From Rhynchobatus australiae (lineage: Eukaryota): DNA of 64,000 bases. How positions within the stretch are numbered: the stretch's first letter is position 1; each line of letters starts with the position of its first letter. Both the position numbers and the translations under genes were made by a program. Below are positions 1 through 14,650 of the stretch, one piece after another. The stretch is taken from positions 14,088,276 through 14,152,275 of the forward strand of contig JAUZTB010000071.1 of the NCBI GenBank assembly GCA_034780895.1. Direction: 5' to 3'. The notes beneath the pieces were generated by a model. It was not told the origin of the DNA and did not search any database. It worked only from the letters and a program-made list of their open reading frames with translations.

Positions 1-785
1 ATAGATCTTCCTTGCTCCACTTACAACATTGAGGATTTTCAATAAAATAATTATTCTCAAGCTAAAATTGGATTCATCACCCATTCAAAGTTTCTGGAAA
101 ATCTTCTGACTGAAGTGCTTCTTGACTTGTTGTGATGTTGCTGCCATGATAATGTTGGGTCCAGAAATCTATGTCATTGACCTAATGGTAATGAGGAAAT
201 GGAAATGTGTCAGGACACAGCGTAGTTTGGAAAATGATGATTCTTCAAGATATTCCTCTCCTAGTGCCTGGTTGTAGAGTTTATGAGAGTAGGGCCATCT
301 TTCAAAATAACTTCAGTGAGTTGCTGCAACATCCTGTAGATTTCCCATCGCCAAACTCCACTGACCTGGAAGGGATTGGGCTTTGAATGTAGTGGGAAGA
401 TCTTGTTGCTTGTAGACACTGCACAGAAACTTTCAGATGTCAGAAGTGAGTGACTATTCACAAGATTCCCAGACTTAGTACTGCTTTTTGTTTTGCCTGC
501 TTTAGTTCGGCTTCGGGTCAATGCTTGATAAATAGGGGATTCAGTGGTAGAAGGTTGTGAGAGAATGGCTGGCCGTTTTTTTTGTTTTAGGTGATCATTA
601 CCTGAGCATTTGTTCTGAGTTATGCATGCATCACCAGTTATTTGTCACTCTGCACTGCAGTTCTTCTCTGGATACTGCTTTGGATTGGCAAGCGGTCTTT
701 CATTGTTGGACTGTTTAATAAAATGCAATTTCCCATTAGACCTTATATTTATCCTAGATTTCTATTTTTGGGTCTTACTGTACTT

Positions 786-825
786 CTGATTTGGATGTTG
801 TGTGCTGATTTGGATGTTGTGTGCT
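786..825. repeat. 19-bp tandem duplication
   Basis: ctgatttggatgttgtgtg repeated twice. Confidence 0.9.
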
Positions 826-1719
826 TCTGTGGAAGCATGGAGCCAACACTGATTAAATCTGTATTGGCAATGTTCTAAATGTTTAAGCTGAATGATTGGC
901 AAAATGCAATGCCCTGTTTGAATTAAAAAAAAATCAAAATTTGCACATGTTTTCTATTAAAAATAATGCCAGAAGCAAGGCTCTTTTACACCTTTTGTTG
1001 TATTGTTCAGCACAGAAAGTAATATGTACCATATCTGAATTTCAGACTTCTTCCCAAAGCATTTTTTCTGCTGTGTCATAGAATAAACAAAAGTATTTTA
1101 AAATACAAGTGAAGCCTAAGTCCACAGTGATACCAAACCCTTCAGAGCAGTGGGATTTTGTTTAATGTTGGGGCTGAATTTGTGGATCTCAGTTAAGCCA
1201 GAGCTGGGAAGTTGCAATTGACATCAGGGTCAGTGGGATGGTGCAGGGTAAGGTAGCCAGAGTTTCCATCCTTCAGCATGATCCAGTGACCCTAGTTGTG
1301 GATATATGAGGGAGATTTGATTGGGCTGAGCTACACTGAAAGGTAAGTCTATTGGAAATGACTGTCAACATGAATCAGCTCTCTTAGTAGGTAAGTCATA
1401 TTGGAGCAGGTTGTTGTCTAAAACATGTATCTAATGAAAAATTATATGGAGTTACAATAATATGGAGAGATTGCATGGGATAAAGAATTAGATACAGAAT
1501 TACAGAAAAATAATGCATGCAGCTCTTGCAGAAAAATACTTTAATGCTGGTCTTATAATTATTGCAAGTGGTTACGAGTAGCGTCATGGAATAGAATATA
1601 TTGGTGGCATGTTGAATAGGGATTAGAACAGCCATCGCTGCTGACCACAAGGATGAAGTCAGATTCATTAACTCTTTGACTGGCCTGCCTTATTCTGCAT
1701 CATCTGGAGGTGGCCTTTT

Positions 1720-1875
1720 AAGATCAGATATCTTTATTAGTCACATGTACATCGAAGCATGCACTAAAATACATCTTTTGCATAGAGTGTTCTGGGGGCA
1801 GCCCACAAGTGTTGCCACACTTCCGGCGCCAACATAGCATGCCCACAACTTCCTAACCCTTATGTCTTTGGAATT
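1720..1875 (-). mobile_element. 3' part of the same SINE family
   Basis: Reverse complement of the 4735-4890 tail (ggggcagcccacaagtgttgccacacttccggcgccaacatagc). Confidence 0.7.
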
Positions 1876-2633
1876 TGTCAGTAGTCAGTTTGTCAGTTTG
1901 GGTGATATTATGCCCCGACAACAACCTTGACTATGGTTGCTCATATGTTGTCTCATATATCAATATCTGAATATGCTACTACACATACACAGATGGTTCA
2001 GCTATTCCAGGACACTAATGGATTCCATAACTTAGTTGTCATGGGCCACAAACAATAAGTGANNNNNNNNNNNNNNNNNNNNNNNNNNNNNNNNNNNNNN
2101 NNNNNNNNNNNNNNNNNNNNNNNNNNNNNNNNNNNNNNNNNNNNNNNNNNNNNNNNNNNNNNNNNNNNNNNNNNNNNNNNNNNNNNNNATTTTGAAGCCT
2201 TTGAATTTCAGAGAACAACATATGCATCATATGTTTAAGAATGTGAAACAAAAGACAAATTTCTACCTCAGTGATATGTTGTGAAGTTTTTAGTTCTTCA
2301 GTGGAATCATGTAAGTTTTATCAGAATGCATCAGTTTCCCATAGAGTCCATTTTTTAGCTGCTGGGTTTCAGGTTTGCCTTTTAACTTGCTAGATAATGA
2401 AGAATGAATGAGTGGGTCCCAGTGGGGTAATGCTCACTGATCTAGTTTTTGCAGGATCACATTGTTTGGTGGTGGTGAGAGTTGGAGGTTGGTGGAAGCT
2501 GAAAGCTGGCATGTGGCTCTGATGCTGGCATCTTTGTGGATCCAGTGTGTACTTTGCCGTAATAAGGCCATCGTCATATCAATGAGAATAGCTGTTTTTA
2601 TCATCTTTCTCTTCCTTCCAAAAGCTTTGGAAC

Positions 2634-2930
2634 ACATACGACCAGGCTCAAGGACAACTTCTATCCCATTCTTATAAAATTCTTGAACAGACCTCTTATA
2701 TGATAAAGATGAACTCTCAATCTACCTCATCGTGGCCCTTGCATTTTATTTGTCTATCTGCATTGCACTTTCTCTGTAATTGTAACATTCTATTCTGCAT
2801 TCTGTTTTTTCTTACTTTTGTACTACCTTGATGAACTTCTATATAGAACAATCTGTTTGGATGGCATGCAAACAAAAGCTTTCACTGTATCTCAGTATGT
2901 ATGGCAATAATAAACCAACTACCAATTACT
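2634..2930 (+). mobile_element. Rex1/Babar-like LINE 3' fragment
   Basis: accaggctcaaggacaacttctatccc ... aataataaaccaactaccaat, matching 55585-55880. A minus-strand tail copy lies near 25155-25325. Confidence 0.7.
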
Positions 2931-4219
2931 ACTTACCAATTCTTCAGCAGATATGGAGGCAATCTGTTCTGGTAACTCCCGTTAGTCTAAAAGTCACTTT
3001 GTTACAATGTGATGGAGACTTTGGTAACCCCAGCCATTCTGTGCACACAAACTGGTGCTTGATAAAGGAAGCTTCCACATCTGTCCAGCTGTGTGAAACA
3101 CATTCTTCAGCTTGATGATGACTAATTTGATCACACATCTATTGGTGGTTTGGCATTCATTATAGCTTTGGGGGATTTCAGCATTATGAGGCTTCTAACC
3201 ACCCAATGGGTCTGCTTTATCTCTTAACCAACACCTGTGAAGTATACTTGCAGGTTCAAATCTTGGCAGTGCCATGGGAATCTGGCATACTCCTTCAGAA
3301 ATATCTTTTCTTTGACTGCTGAGTGTCTAGTGTAGTTTGCTGATGAATATTCCATTCCTGAATTGTACTGTGCTTTCACCTTGCTTTTGCTGGACAGCTT
3401 ACATGAAGCCAGGGAACCAATAGATGGAACATTAAATTTAAAAGTGTGTTGAAGTATTGCCCCAATTAGCACATGCTAATTGCCAGCCTGCTTCACCCAA
3501 AGGGATTGCCATCAATCAGCCTAACATATCTGAGTTAATTGTGAAAGTTGATAGTTTGGAATGGGCTTTTAGCAACACGTGATTTTTGCTGGATTAATGC
3601 CCCTTAACCAAACCCTGATACTCATGCACCAATTTATGCTCCAACTCTCCACTCCTTGCCAAACTCTTTGTGGCTTTGCTTGCTGCTGAGATCAGCACTA
3701 TGTATCGTCTATTTCCCCCACTGTAATGGGTTGATTGAACCCTTGGTTAAAGCCATGCCTGCTGCTCAAAATAAGAGTAGACTCATTCCATGTTCTGCAA
3801 AGTGGGAGAGCTGTCTGCCTTGTTTATACCCAATAAAGTGGCTCTTTCCCTGTTCTCTATGGTGGTTGGGAGCTAATTGGATGCTTTAACTTCCCAATGC
3901 TACTACCAGTCAGAATGCGGACGTTTTTTGTGAATACAGCATGCGAACACACTGAGAAATAGTGACTTCATTGAAAGCTGAAGGCATAATATTCTGAGGC
4001 TGCAATTTTGCATGCATTTGTATATAAACTAAATTACCAGTTATCTAGAGCAGATCAGATAGCACATGTGAAAACTTAACCTATTTAAAGTTTTTAATAA
4101 ATGCCAGAAAGAGAATTATCAGAAAGAAACATGGCTGTAAGTTAAACAATGGTATATCAGAACAGAGATAGTGTTTAAAGAGCTTTGTAAAGGTAAAGAG
4201 GAAGGTGAGGTGGAGAGGT

Positions 4220-4610
4220 TCAGAACATAAGAACGTATGAAAATGGGAGCAGGAGTAGGCCACTCAGCCCCTCAAACCTGCCCCACCGGTTCTTCTTTTG
4301 TGCCAGTTCTCCATAGCCTTTAATTCCCTGATCTTTCAAAAAACACTACCTGCTTACTTTTTTAAGTAGCCCCAATGACCTGGCCTCCACAAACTGCTGG
4401 GGGAAAAATTTCCAGAGACTCACCATCCTTGGTGAGAAGTTCCTGCACACCTCGGTTTTAAATAACTGCCCCCTAATCTTGTAACTATATCCTCATATTT
4501 ATCCCTCAGTAGTGGAAACATCTTGACATCCTAAATATCATGCCTCCTCAGGATCTTACGTGTTTCAAGAAGATCATCTCTTATTCTTCCAAGCTCCAAA
4601 GAATATAATC
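4220..4610 (-). mobile_element. CR1-like LINE 3' end
   Basis: agaacataaga..ggagcaggagtaggccactcagcccctc terminal motif with decayed ORF2 end. Interrupted by the SINE at 4613. Confidence 0.65.
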
Positions 4611-4612
4611 TA

Positions 4613-4900
4613 ATTAGTGGTTAGTGTAATGCTATTACAGCACCAGTGACCCGGGTTCAATTCCCTCTGATGTCTGTTAGGAGTTTGTATGTTCTCCCCG
4701 TGTCTGTGTGGGCTTCCTCTGGGTTTCCTCCTTCCAAAAGACGTACATGTTAGGAGCTGTGGCCATGCTATGTTGGCACCGGAAGAGTGGCGACACTTGT
4801 GGGCTGCCCCCAGCACATTTTCAGTAATGCAAAAAGATACATTTCACTGTGTGTTTCAATGTACATGTAACTAATAAGTAAATATCTTTAATATCTTTAT
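4613..4900 (+). mobile_element. tRNA-derived V-SINE-like element
   Basis: tagtggttag A-box-like and gggttcaattcc B-box, followed by the V-domain ggagtttgtatgttctccccgtgtctgtgtggg. Confidence 0.75.
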
Positions 4901-5009
4901 ATCTTGTAATGAGACAGCTCTCTCATGCCAGGTATTAGCCTGAGTTGAGACTCCAGTGCTTAAGACCTTGGCAACTGAATGAGTAACCCAATGATGAAGC
5001 AATGAAATT

Positions 5010-5130
5010 GAGACACAAGAGATGGCAGGTGCCAGAAGCTGGAGCAGAAAACAAACTGCTGGAGAAACTCAGCGAGTCAGGCAGCATCTGTAGCGGAAAA
5101 TGGACATTTCAGGTCAAGACCCTTCATCTG
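5010..5130 (-). mobile_element. Penelope-associated repeat with degenerate hammerhead core
   Basis: ctgctggagaaactcagcgagtcaggcagcatctg signature. Minus strand reads CAGATGA-AGG..CCT-GAAA-TGTC. Confidence 0.55.
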
Positions 5131-8100
5131 CAGCAATTAAACTTGGGGGTAATCAAGAGTGAGAATGGGAGCAGTGTAGACATCTCTTAGATGGTCATAA
5201 AGCTGGAGAGGATTACAGAAACGGAGTAGGTTAAAGCCTTGGACGGATTTGATAACAAATTAAGGATTGAGGTACTGAAGCCAAGGTATGCCAGCAAGCA
5301 TGGGTTTGTGATGCACGGCAGTGCAAATTAGGATTTGGGATATTAGGATATAGGATATATGGATATTAGGATATGGGTTTTGGATAATCTCAACTATATA
5401 CAGAGGCAAACAAGGGAGGCCAGCCAGGAGTGTTTCAGAATAGCCAAGTCTAGCTGTAATGGACAAGGGTGTCAGCAGCAGACTAGCTGAGGCAGGCCAG
5501 AATTGGGAAATGTGATGGAAAAAATGGTTCACAGATTCAAATCACTTGAACTCCTGCAATAACTAATTATCTTGTCCAAAACCACTGATGGTCAGCTTGC
5601 AGCATTCTAATAATGGATAACTTGGAAAAACTTAATAGTCAGAAGTCTGAAAACCCTCAACCTAGACACTAGCACCAAACAATGGGAGTGCCCAATTTTT
5701 GACAATGATGTTAAATAACTTCACAATTGTGAATCTTGTTAGGATGTTTTTTGAAGCATGCTGTTAAATTGCTATTTATTCTAAGAATTGTGCCATAGAT
5801 GAAGGAGATCAGCTACTTTTATTTCATGTTTTGCAAGAGCTGGTAAGAAATTTATGCATAATTTGGCTTCATTTAATCTTGTAAAAAATTGATTCCAGAA
5901 AAAACCTGAGCCTTTGGTGGAATTCCAGTTGCCATGAGGCACCACTGATTTTTACACCACATCATCAGCACTTATGTTGAAAGTGATGTCCAACAGCTGA
6001 TAGATATTGGTCCAGTCCAGAATGGTGGTGTACTCCTTTATGGATAGCAATCAAGAACAGGAAACTTTTTTGAGTTCCTGCCTGATTTTTGGCTTTATAA
6101 TCTAGGCTGATTCAACAAAATATATCATGTTGACTTATAGTGCTCTTTAAACACAATTGAAATAATTAAGTTCAATTTTTATAACTTTATTATTTTGATT
6201 ATTTTAAATAGGTAATTGCCAGTAAGACTATTGGATTTATTAGAGTTATTGAGATTAGCACAGTGAGAGAGTTGAGCTGCTACATACAGTTGAGAAGCTT
6301 TAGTCCTTGTACTCTGAACTAAGAGCTGGATCAAAGGGTACTGATATAACTGTACGCCCCTTTGCTGCTGGTGTATGGGGCTCCCTGACATGTATATTCC
6401 AGGTATCTGTGGAAAATATTGATTAAGTTCACTGACACGTTCTAAACTTGCAATATGTAAATTACTGCACATTATGCTGTGCTTCTGAATTTCAAGGATG
6501 AGTCCCAACTCCTGCTAGCGTTTTAAGTCTTTTCAAGTCTGGATCCTATGAGATCAATTTGATCCCAATGAAATTTTATGGTTTCGATAGATGTGTCAGA
6601 CACGATTGGTACAGAAGCTTTGAGACTGGGGTGGAATACAGCTGCCTCACCCAACTCTAGTTTCCGGTAAAAGCATCATAAATGCTGGGGAGTGCATTAT
6701 TGTGTTGTGGTCAATTGTTAAACACTTAAAGCAGCAACATTTTATTTATTGCCTCTTTATGCTGAGCTCCACAAAGTACTTAAATATAATTTTCATATAT
6801 TGGTGAGCACTACTTGTAGTTACATTGAATTTACATCTATTGCCCCAGCAACTGACCTGCTTCCTCCCCAACATTTCTCCTTCATTCCTTAATTCTATGA
6901 AGCTTCTGAAGTTTTTGGGCTTCATTCTTTCTATATGGCACTGAACAGTCTAACCACTGGTTCAGAAGGAATGCTGCAGGCTGCTTGGGGAACTGAGAAG
7001 AAAAAGTAATTCTAACTGTCTTTTCAATATTACTCAAAACCATTAAGCTCCAAGCAACAGCAGACTACATTGGATAACTACAAAGTCCTCAGTGGAATTA
7101 CTAGCTTGCAAGCTATTTTGTTAAAAAGCTGTAAACTAATTGGATGATAAATATCCATGAAACAAAATTATCAATATTTTCCCTACGGCTTTAAGATTAA
7201 AAAAAAATAATTGTAAGTTATTGCATTAAAAATTGTAATGGAAAGACCGTGTTAATTCTGGCTGCTGCACAGAAATAACTGAGCTTCTTCCAGTCTCCAA
7301 AGAGAAATCGATTTACTGCAGTTTATCCTGAAGGCCAGCCATGTGGAATGCACTGAAAGCTTTTTGATTTAGTTCATAAAAATGCGTGTTGTGAAGCTGC
7401 TTGGGCCAAGTTAGACACGTAGAGAGCCACAGACAGGAACAGTAACCCTTTAAATTGGAGCCTGAACATTTTCCAGCTCACGCAGAACTGTAATATAATC
7501 TGTAACAAATTACTGAAAATTGACTTTGTAAAGCTATCGTTATGTGGATGAAGAGTTGAACAGTGTTTCTTTTATGGAGAACAGTTGTCTGTCCAGTTAA
7601 AACATCAATAGCAAATAATATGGTATTTAGATGTGTCCATATACTTCCTCTTGGTTTAAGTTGAAGATTAGTTTTTAGGAAGAAATATATATGTTACAAT
7701 AAGGAGAAAAGTAGTTCTTGCTTCTTCTAAACCTTTAATGATAATTTGATATCTTGGTGATTATGGAACGAATTCCACATAGCCATTCAGGATGTGCATA
7801 ATGGGAAATCAAAAATGTATAGTTATAATTTTCACCCATAATTTCCAATCATTCACTACTTGCAGGCACAGCCACCACTAGGAGCCTGGGACCACTCCTA
7901 AGCAGTTAAATAGGCCAATGACTTTACAGAGTAGGAAGTCGATTGAATATTGGTTCACTGGAGTTCTGGTAATTCCAAAGGTAAATATTGTAGTACAGAG
8001 CAGGCTTGGTCTATGCTTTGTGCTGAGTCTACTGAAATCATCACAATCTGTGGTGATCCATGATTTGCTTGGATGGGAAAAGCGAAAATAAGGATATCTC

Positions 8101-8329
8101 CTGATGGTTGAGCTAGTGAGGATAGGATTTGAGCCAGGACAACAAGTTGCATCTATGTAATGTCTTTAATGTACTAAACCAACCCAAGGGTCCTCACTAC
8201 AGTCATTTCAGATCAAACAAAATTTGACATGCCACTTAAGTGAACTGAGGATATTGGACTAAGGGCTTCGATGGAGAGGAAGTCTCAAAATAGAGCAGAG
8301 ACAGGGGAACCATAACTATACTGTTTTTG

Positions 8330-9270
8330 GTCTTCCAGAAGATATTTGAGATGTCTCATAAAAGGTTAAGGCACCAGTGTTGGATGTAATGTATCAGCAA
8401 TAATAGAGGATTGGTTAACAGATAGGAAGCAACAAGTAGTGATAAAGGAGTCATTTTCAGGTTGGCCTCTATGGTGTGTGGGGTACTGTGAGGATCAGTG
8501 CTGAGATCACAACTGTTTACTATATTAACTGACTGAGAGGAAGGAAGTGAATGTGTGGTAGTCAGATTTGTAGCCAACATAACAAGTTGTGAAGAGGATA
8601 CAAATAGTCTTGCAGAAATATTGATAGGTTAAATGAGTGGGCAAAAGTTTACGGATGGATTAAAAATATGGGAAAAATATGGGATATGGGAAAATATGTT
8701 CATTTTGGAAGGAAGAACAAAAAAAAATTATTAGCTAAGTAGAGAAAAACTGCAGAAACCTGCAGCACAAAATGATTGGGGTTCCTGTCCATGAAACACA
8801 GATAGGTAGCACACAAGTATAGCAGGTAATGGGTAAAGCTCAAAGAACGCTGGCCTTATTTCAAGAGAGTTGGAGTATAAAAGTAGGGAAATCTTACGGC
8901 AACTGTACAAGGCAGTAATGACACCATGTCTAGAGTACTGCAGACAGCTTATGACCCTCTTTTTAAAGAAAGGTATTATTTCATTGGAGGCAGTTCAGAG
9001 AAAGTTCACTAGAATGATTGCAGGTAGAGATTGATTGTCCAGTGAAGAAAGGTTGAACGGATTGGGAATCTACTCATTGGAGTTGGGAGATTGAGAATGA
9101 GAACAGTGGGCACCAATAAATTTAAGGCTGAGATAGACAGATTTGTAATGACTAAGGGCGTCATGAGTTGCAGGAAAGTGGACATGAGGAATGTTGGATC
9201 TGCTATGATCCTATTGAATGGCTCTGGGGCTGACTGATCTATTTCTGTTACTGCTTCCTATGGTCTTGTA
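8330..9270 (+). mobile_element. CR1-like LINE, decayed RT and 3' region
   Basis: Degenerate GVPQGSVL-like segment (ggggtactgtgaggatcagtgctg), LEYC-like segment and CR1 3' tail. Confidence 0.7.
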
Positions 9271-10459
9271 GAGAGGTAGGTTTATGGACAGCATGACACT
9301 GCTGTTTTAAGGGTTCTCGCTTTATCTTGCCTGTTTGCCGACATAAAGCAAATTCACAAACTGTTTTATTGTGAAGTATTTCAGAGGTGCAATAAAAGTT
9401 CCAGTTCTCAACTGACTTTCCTAAAATAGCTGTTGGATAAATATCAGTGTTTTGAATCAGAGGAAATGTAGAACTCTAAAACAAAAAAAGTCATCTGGGA
9501 CTGAAGGTATAATGATTTCAATTTATTGATTAATATTCATTTACAAACGAAGGGCATCTACAGCTTTCGTAGTCATTTAATTCACTGTTCAACTATTATG
9601 CAAAAATCCTTGAAAAAAATGAGATTACATTATTTACAGTTGTGTGATCATGTTATCTTGCCAAGCTGTTCAGTAAAAGAAATAACAAAGATGCAGAATA
9701 TCTCAGGTTCACAATAATATTAAACCGCATCAAATTAAATCTGTGTAATAGACCTTTCAGATTACTTGGGTGAGTGGGGATGAATGTTCTGGGGAGTAAT
9801 CACTTTCCTCTCCACACACAATGTTGGCACAAAGAACTCCATGTTGAGGTACAGCATGGATGTGGCTTGGAGTTCCAGATAATGGGTCTTCACTTTATTA
9901 AGAACAGCTTGTACAACATCAATACCATTTGTGTTACCTTACTCACAATGGCTGCCACTAATGGCTTCTATGAGAAAAATCAAAAACTAGGATTGAGGCT
10001 TGTTTAGTGTTCAAACAAGCAAAGCAAAGCTTTCAACCCACTTCTAAGTGATGTTTTCAGGACTTGTAAGGAGACAGAATTTAAGTGCCAGTGTGGTTAG
10101 AGGACAGCTCCAATCCTCAGTTTTAATCATTCCCTTTAAAAGGCACATCTTGTTAAAATGCCCTGTTTCTCAAACTCTGACAATTAAGATTGATGTCTGC
10201 AATATGTACAATACTATGATCTGACTGATTGCTCTGATATTCTTGTTATTATCCTTAATTAATATCCAGAAAATAAACATAATATATATATTCTTAACAA
10301 CATCTCATCTCTTCCTTGCCTAGTCATTTTTCCTCAGATGCTGATTGTCCTTAATCAAATGTGAACTTTGATCGAGAATTTCAAGAAACTACAACTGTAG
10401 GGAGGACAGCAGAGCATAAACATTGTTTGCACCTGCCACTTCCTTGAAGAGTCTCCAGA

Positions 10460-10668
10460 TATTTGTTGCCACAGAGGGCTGTGGAGGCTAAATCATCGGG
10501 TGTATTTAAGGCAGAAACTGATAGGCTCTTGATTGGTAAGAAAGTTAAGGGTTACGGGGAGAAGGTGGGAGAATGGTGTGGAAAAAATAAATCAGCCATG
10601 ATTGAATGGCAGATCAGACTCGATGGGCCAAATGGCCTAATTCTGCTTCTTTACCTAATGGTCTTATA
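10460..10668 (+). mobile_element. CR1-like LINE 3' end
   Basis: LPQRAVEAKSSGVFKAETDRLL, with tail gactcgatgggccaaatggcctaattctgct. Confidence 0.75.
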
Positions 10669-10764
10669 ATGGTGGGAGAGAGGGTTGTGGAATACTCCTT
10701 TATCAGCTGTCTCTCTCCAGACTGAGAATAACTAAGTCAAAGTAATTAGGGAAATGAAATGAGG

Positions 10765-11075
10765 GGATAGCATTCAGTTGGTAGTATCTACTGCCTCTGA
10801 GTTAGATGGTTGTGGGTCAAAACCTATTCCAGAGACTGGGCAAAAATCTAGGATGTCACCCCCATGTAGTACTGAGGGAATGCCACTTTGTCAGAGATCA
10901 TAAACCAAGACCTCCAGATGGCACCTTGCAGTTTATAGGGGAAGGTATGATGGAAAGGGAGATTGGATGGTATTGTTGTTTTATTCGATCACATCAGTGA
11001 CTACAGTTCAAATTACCTTGTTGCCTGTAAAGCTGATTAAGCAATCTTGACGGGATCTACATAAATATAACTTTT
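10765..11075 (+). mobile_element. DeuSINE-like element
   Basis: tRNA-like head (cagttggtag..ggttgtgggtcaaa) and a Deu-domain-like tactgagggaatg. Confidence 0.5.
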
Positions 11076-13729
11076 TCCATTTTAACACCTGACCCACACA
11101 ATAATCATGAGCAAATGCATACAATAAATCCACTGAGCCATTGGGGTGCAGGGGCTGAAATGCTATTTGCCATCTGTGATCTAACCATTCCGTTGGATGT
11201 GAAGGTCATGAATGGCAAATGTGTTCCCTGGGCAAGAGCCAAATAATCTGNNNNNNNNNNAATAATCTGACCTGAGTAGTGATAGAATTTTCAGCAGTCG
11301 GACAGGCGCTGATAACTCACTTTTGTATGCCAGCACTGCCTAGTTCCTCCTGGTTTATTTCTCTTACAAGCTCCTGTTGGAGTTACTCTCTGATTCTAAA
11401 TAAAGCATTTACTGCATGCTGGATAAAGACCCTTTGAGCAGTAAGTTATTGAGAAAACAAACCACATCACAAAGTGAGCCTGCACACTCACTGTGGGTAA
11501 TACAGTCCAAGGTTACTCTGAGGTTTCCTTTTCATTAAGACACTGTAGTGTCATTTATCCAGCTGTCCTTTCAAAAAAAAAATAAATGGGTCTTCCAATT
11601 CCTGAGTTGGCAAAGACAGTATGTAACTGAACCAAGGAGCCAGATCACGTATCAATTAGTGCTGAGTTAATAGATGATAAAATTCCTGCTCCTGTAAATG
11701 TGTCCATGTGGACCAGAACTTTCTTGGCTGCTCTACTGCACCTGCTATTATTAAATAGCCCTCTCTCTATCTAGGCTCACACAGGATGACCAGTATCCAC
11801 TGAATCATACCCTAGCAATCAATGCACACAAAATAAAAGAATCGCAAAAAGCACGACAATATTTTAAGCTTGATACACCCTTTGTTTCTTTCATTATGTA
11901 CATCCAATCCTTGGCATTAACTTTCAGCTGGCATAGGCAGGGTGAACTGGCTTGGACCACCTTGTAAGCGAAGGGTACTTCAGCTAAGGTAACAATAAAA
12001 CATTCAGTGTACTGTAAAACACATTGCATTCATAGTGGCAATATGCAACCTACTTTTCCACCCTACTGTACAGGATGCCATCAAAGTTAACAGTCTTGAC
12101 CTGGACCTCAAATTAAAGGAAAATCAATTCAAACACTGATTTATATATTTTTAAAATGGAGATCTTAAAACTTCTGATTGTCCCAGACGTTGCATAACTC
12201 AGGTGCAACATGCGTAGAATGTGCCTATATTGGCCAAGTACCTTGGGAAGCAAGACTCTTTAATCATGCATTATAAGCACCATCCCACTCCCTGAACAAA
12301 GCTCTCTACAAGTACTAGCAAAAAGTTACAGCTATGACTTGCTTTAATAGCCTGCGACCACACTAGTCTTTTTTTTCCTTCAAGCAAACTGAGAGTGTCA
12401 CGGAAATAGAACTAATGTGGTCAAAGTGCGTCAAGCCAAAAATGATTAATATAATGCTACATTTGAAGTAGTCAATTTAAAGTAAGTCATGAATAATTTA
12501 TATATTGTTACATCCATTGCTCAACACAATAGGTAGCTTCACTCTATAGCTGCCAGTACTCCTTACAAGTTTTAGACAATAGTTGTCTGGCAGACTATTT
12601 ACTTCTTTTTTGATGATAATATTCAGAGAGCCTACATCTTTCCACCTTGTGTTTCTGCTCCTCAAATTATTTACACCCTGATTCATCACTCTCTGCTCCA
12701 TATCCTCCTGTTTTTATGTCAATTTCACAAGTAGTCATTTTCTACTAGAAGCCTTATCTTGGAACTGTTTAACAATGGAACGGGGACTGTGATACAAATA
12801 ATCTGTGAGTGCATGACCATGTCATGAATATCACCTCCCCTGCTCTACCACAACATCATGAGTGGCAGAACAGCAAAAATACTGGTTTGGGTTTAGCTCG
12901 GCTGAAGATTGACCTGGGTTGGCTTTTAGACAAAATTACGGGGTAATTAAACAATGAATAACCAGGAAATTGCTGTATTTTGTGCTGATCACTATCAAGG
13001 AGATTGGTTTTCTTGTTGTTCTATACCAATGTGTTATGAAGTCATGGTGGTGAGAGGGATTAGTATACTGTCAGACAATTATTTCAGCATCATCTACTAG
13101 GTTCCTGCATACTCAGTAAAATTCTCTCCATTCTTGACCAACAATGGGATGCCAAACCAATCCCTGAAAATGACACCAGTAACTTCCCACATCAGCCATC
13201 TCGCTGACTCTTTGACGTTGTTAATGGATGCCAAATTCAGTGCCAATTTTGTGTGGTGTGGGTTTGAGCCCTCTTGGAAATAGACCCCAGTCAGAATATA
13301 GATGTCACAGGTGATGTGGTGGTGGATCTATATGCGTCAATAAACTGCACTCTGTATCTATGGGTGTGGACATTCTGTGATCCTGTTGGACTAAGATTCA
13401 TGTGGTGTGCCTAATGCGCAAAGTTGAGACTGACTGGAACACATTCTGTAGTAGGATCCTGAGGAATCATCATTTATTTTAAATGTTCTGGAACTATTCA
13501 TTTTGCTCTACTGTGCCTTACAGTTGGATTCCGTTAAATTTAATATTTAAAGCCTTGGTTCCATATTTGCCTCATACACTGGGTGTGATTATAGTTTCCA
13601 ATAATCAGCCGCTCTTCATTATTTATTTCCATATCTCCAGTTGCAAATCACCTAAGCGCCCCTACATAGTAAGCACTAATAATAGTTAACAATGCCTCAA
13701 CCCATTCTAAGTTGTATCAAAAGTACACT

Positions 13730-13890
13730 CCTTGGAGGAACTCAGCAGCATCTAGTGGGGTGGGGCGGAGCATTTTGAATGCTGGAAACATCGACAATTC
13801 TTTCTCCCCCACAGAGGCTGCTCGACCCACTGAGTTCCTCCAGCAGATTGTTTGTTGCTCCAGATTCCAGCATCTGCAGTCTCTTATGTC
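13730..13890. mobile_element. Penelope-associated fold-back repeat, degenerate
   Basis: ggaggaactcagc ... ctgagttcctccagcag ... ccagattccagcatctgcagtc. Confidence 0.55.
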
Positions 13891-14454
13891 TCCAGTACAC
13901 TCCTCAGATTTTCCAAGGATTTCAGAGAAGAATTTCACATTCCTGATATTTATAGTCCAATTTATACTCTTTTGTTATGCCCAAGTTAAAAAGGCATTGA
14001 GGTGTGAAAGACCTTTAGGTGAAGTGAAGCTAATCAGCTGATCATTGTGAACATGGACTAGGTGGCCACTTCAAAATTAAGCCTAGATTTAGAATTCCAT
14101 CCAATTGGAAGCGATGTGGTGAATTGAAATATCATGCTTGGAATGGAATTTTCACTGTACTTGCAATGGAAAATCTCCGCTTAGTCACTGTTAATTGCTT
14201 TTCCGCTCACTAGTGCTATGGAACAAAACAACACCCCCGCTTACAAGAAGAATCTAAGTTTGGCTTCTCATCTTTATTATTTTTTAAATTCCAGACATCT
14301 CTTGTTGGAATTTAAAAATATGATTGTTTAGATAATTTGAATTGAGCAGCTTTGATCAATCATTTCTGATCACTAGTTTCTTTCAAGCACTGAACTCATT
14401 TGCTGTTATTCCCTTTAACATTATCAGATAATTCATCAAAAATGAAAATCAGAA

Positions 14455-14650
14455 AAACTTCAGGTGTTAGAAATCTGAAATAAAAACAAAAAATTGCTCA
14501 AAATGCTCAGCAGGTCAGGCAGCATTTGTGGAAATGTTTTGGGTTCAAGACCCTTTGTCTATCCTTCTCTTAATACAACTCTGTTTCTCCTTCTAATGAT
14601 GCTGCCTGACCTGCTGAGTGGTTCCAGCATTTTCTGTTTTTACTTCTTTC
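14455..14650. mobile_element. Penelope-associated fold-back repeat, degenerate
   Basis: ctcagcaggtcaggcagcat is paired with atgctgcctgacctgctgag. Confidence 0.6.

Noticed and set aside
4613-4680. tRNA-like A and B boxes
   Set aside because: This is a SINE head that continues into a V-domain, with no complete cloverleaf.
11242-11269. aataatctg repeated on both sides of a 10-N gap
   Set aside because: Most likely an unmerged contig overlap rather than a biological repeat.
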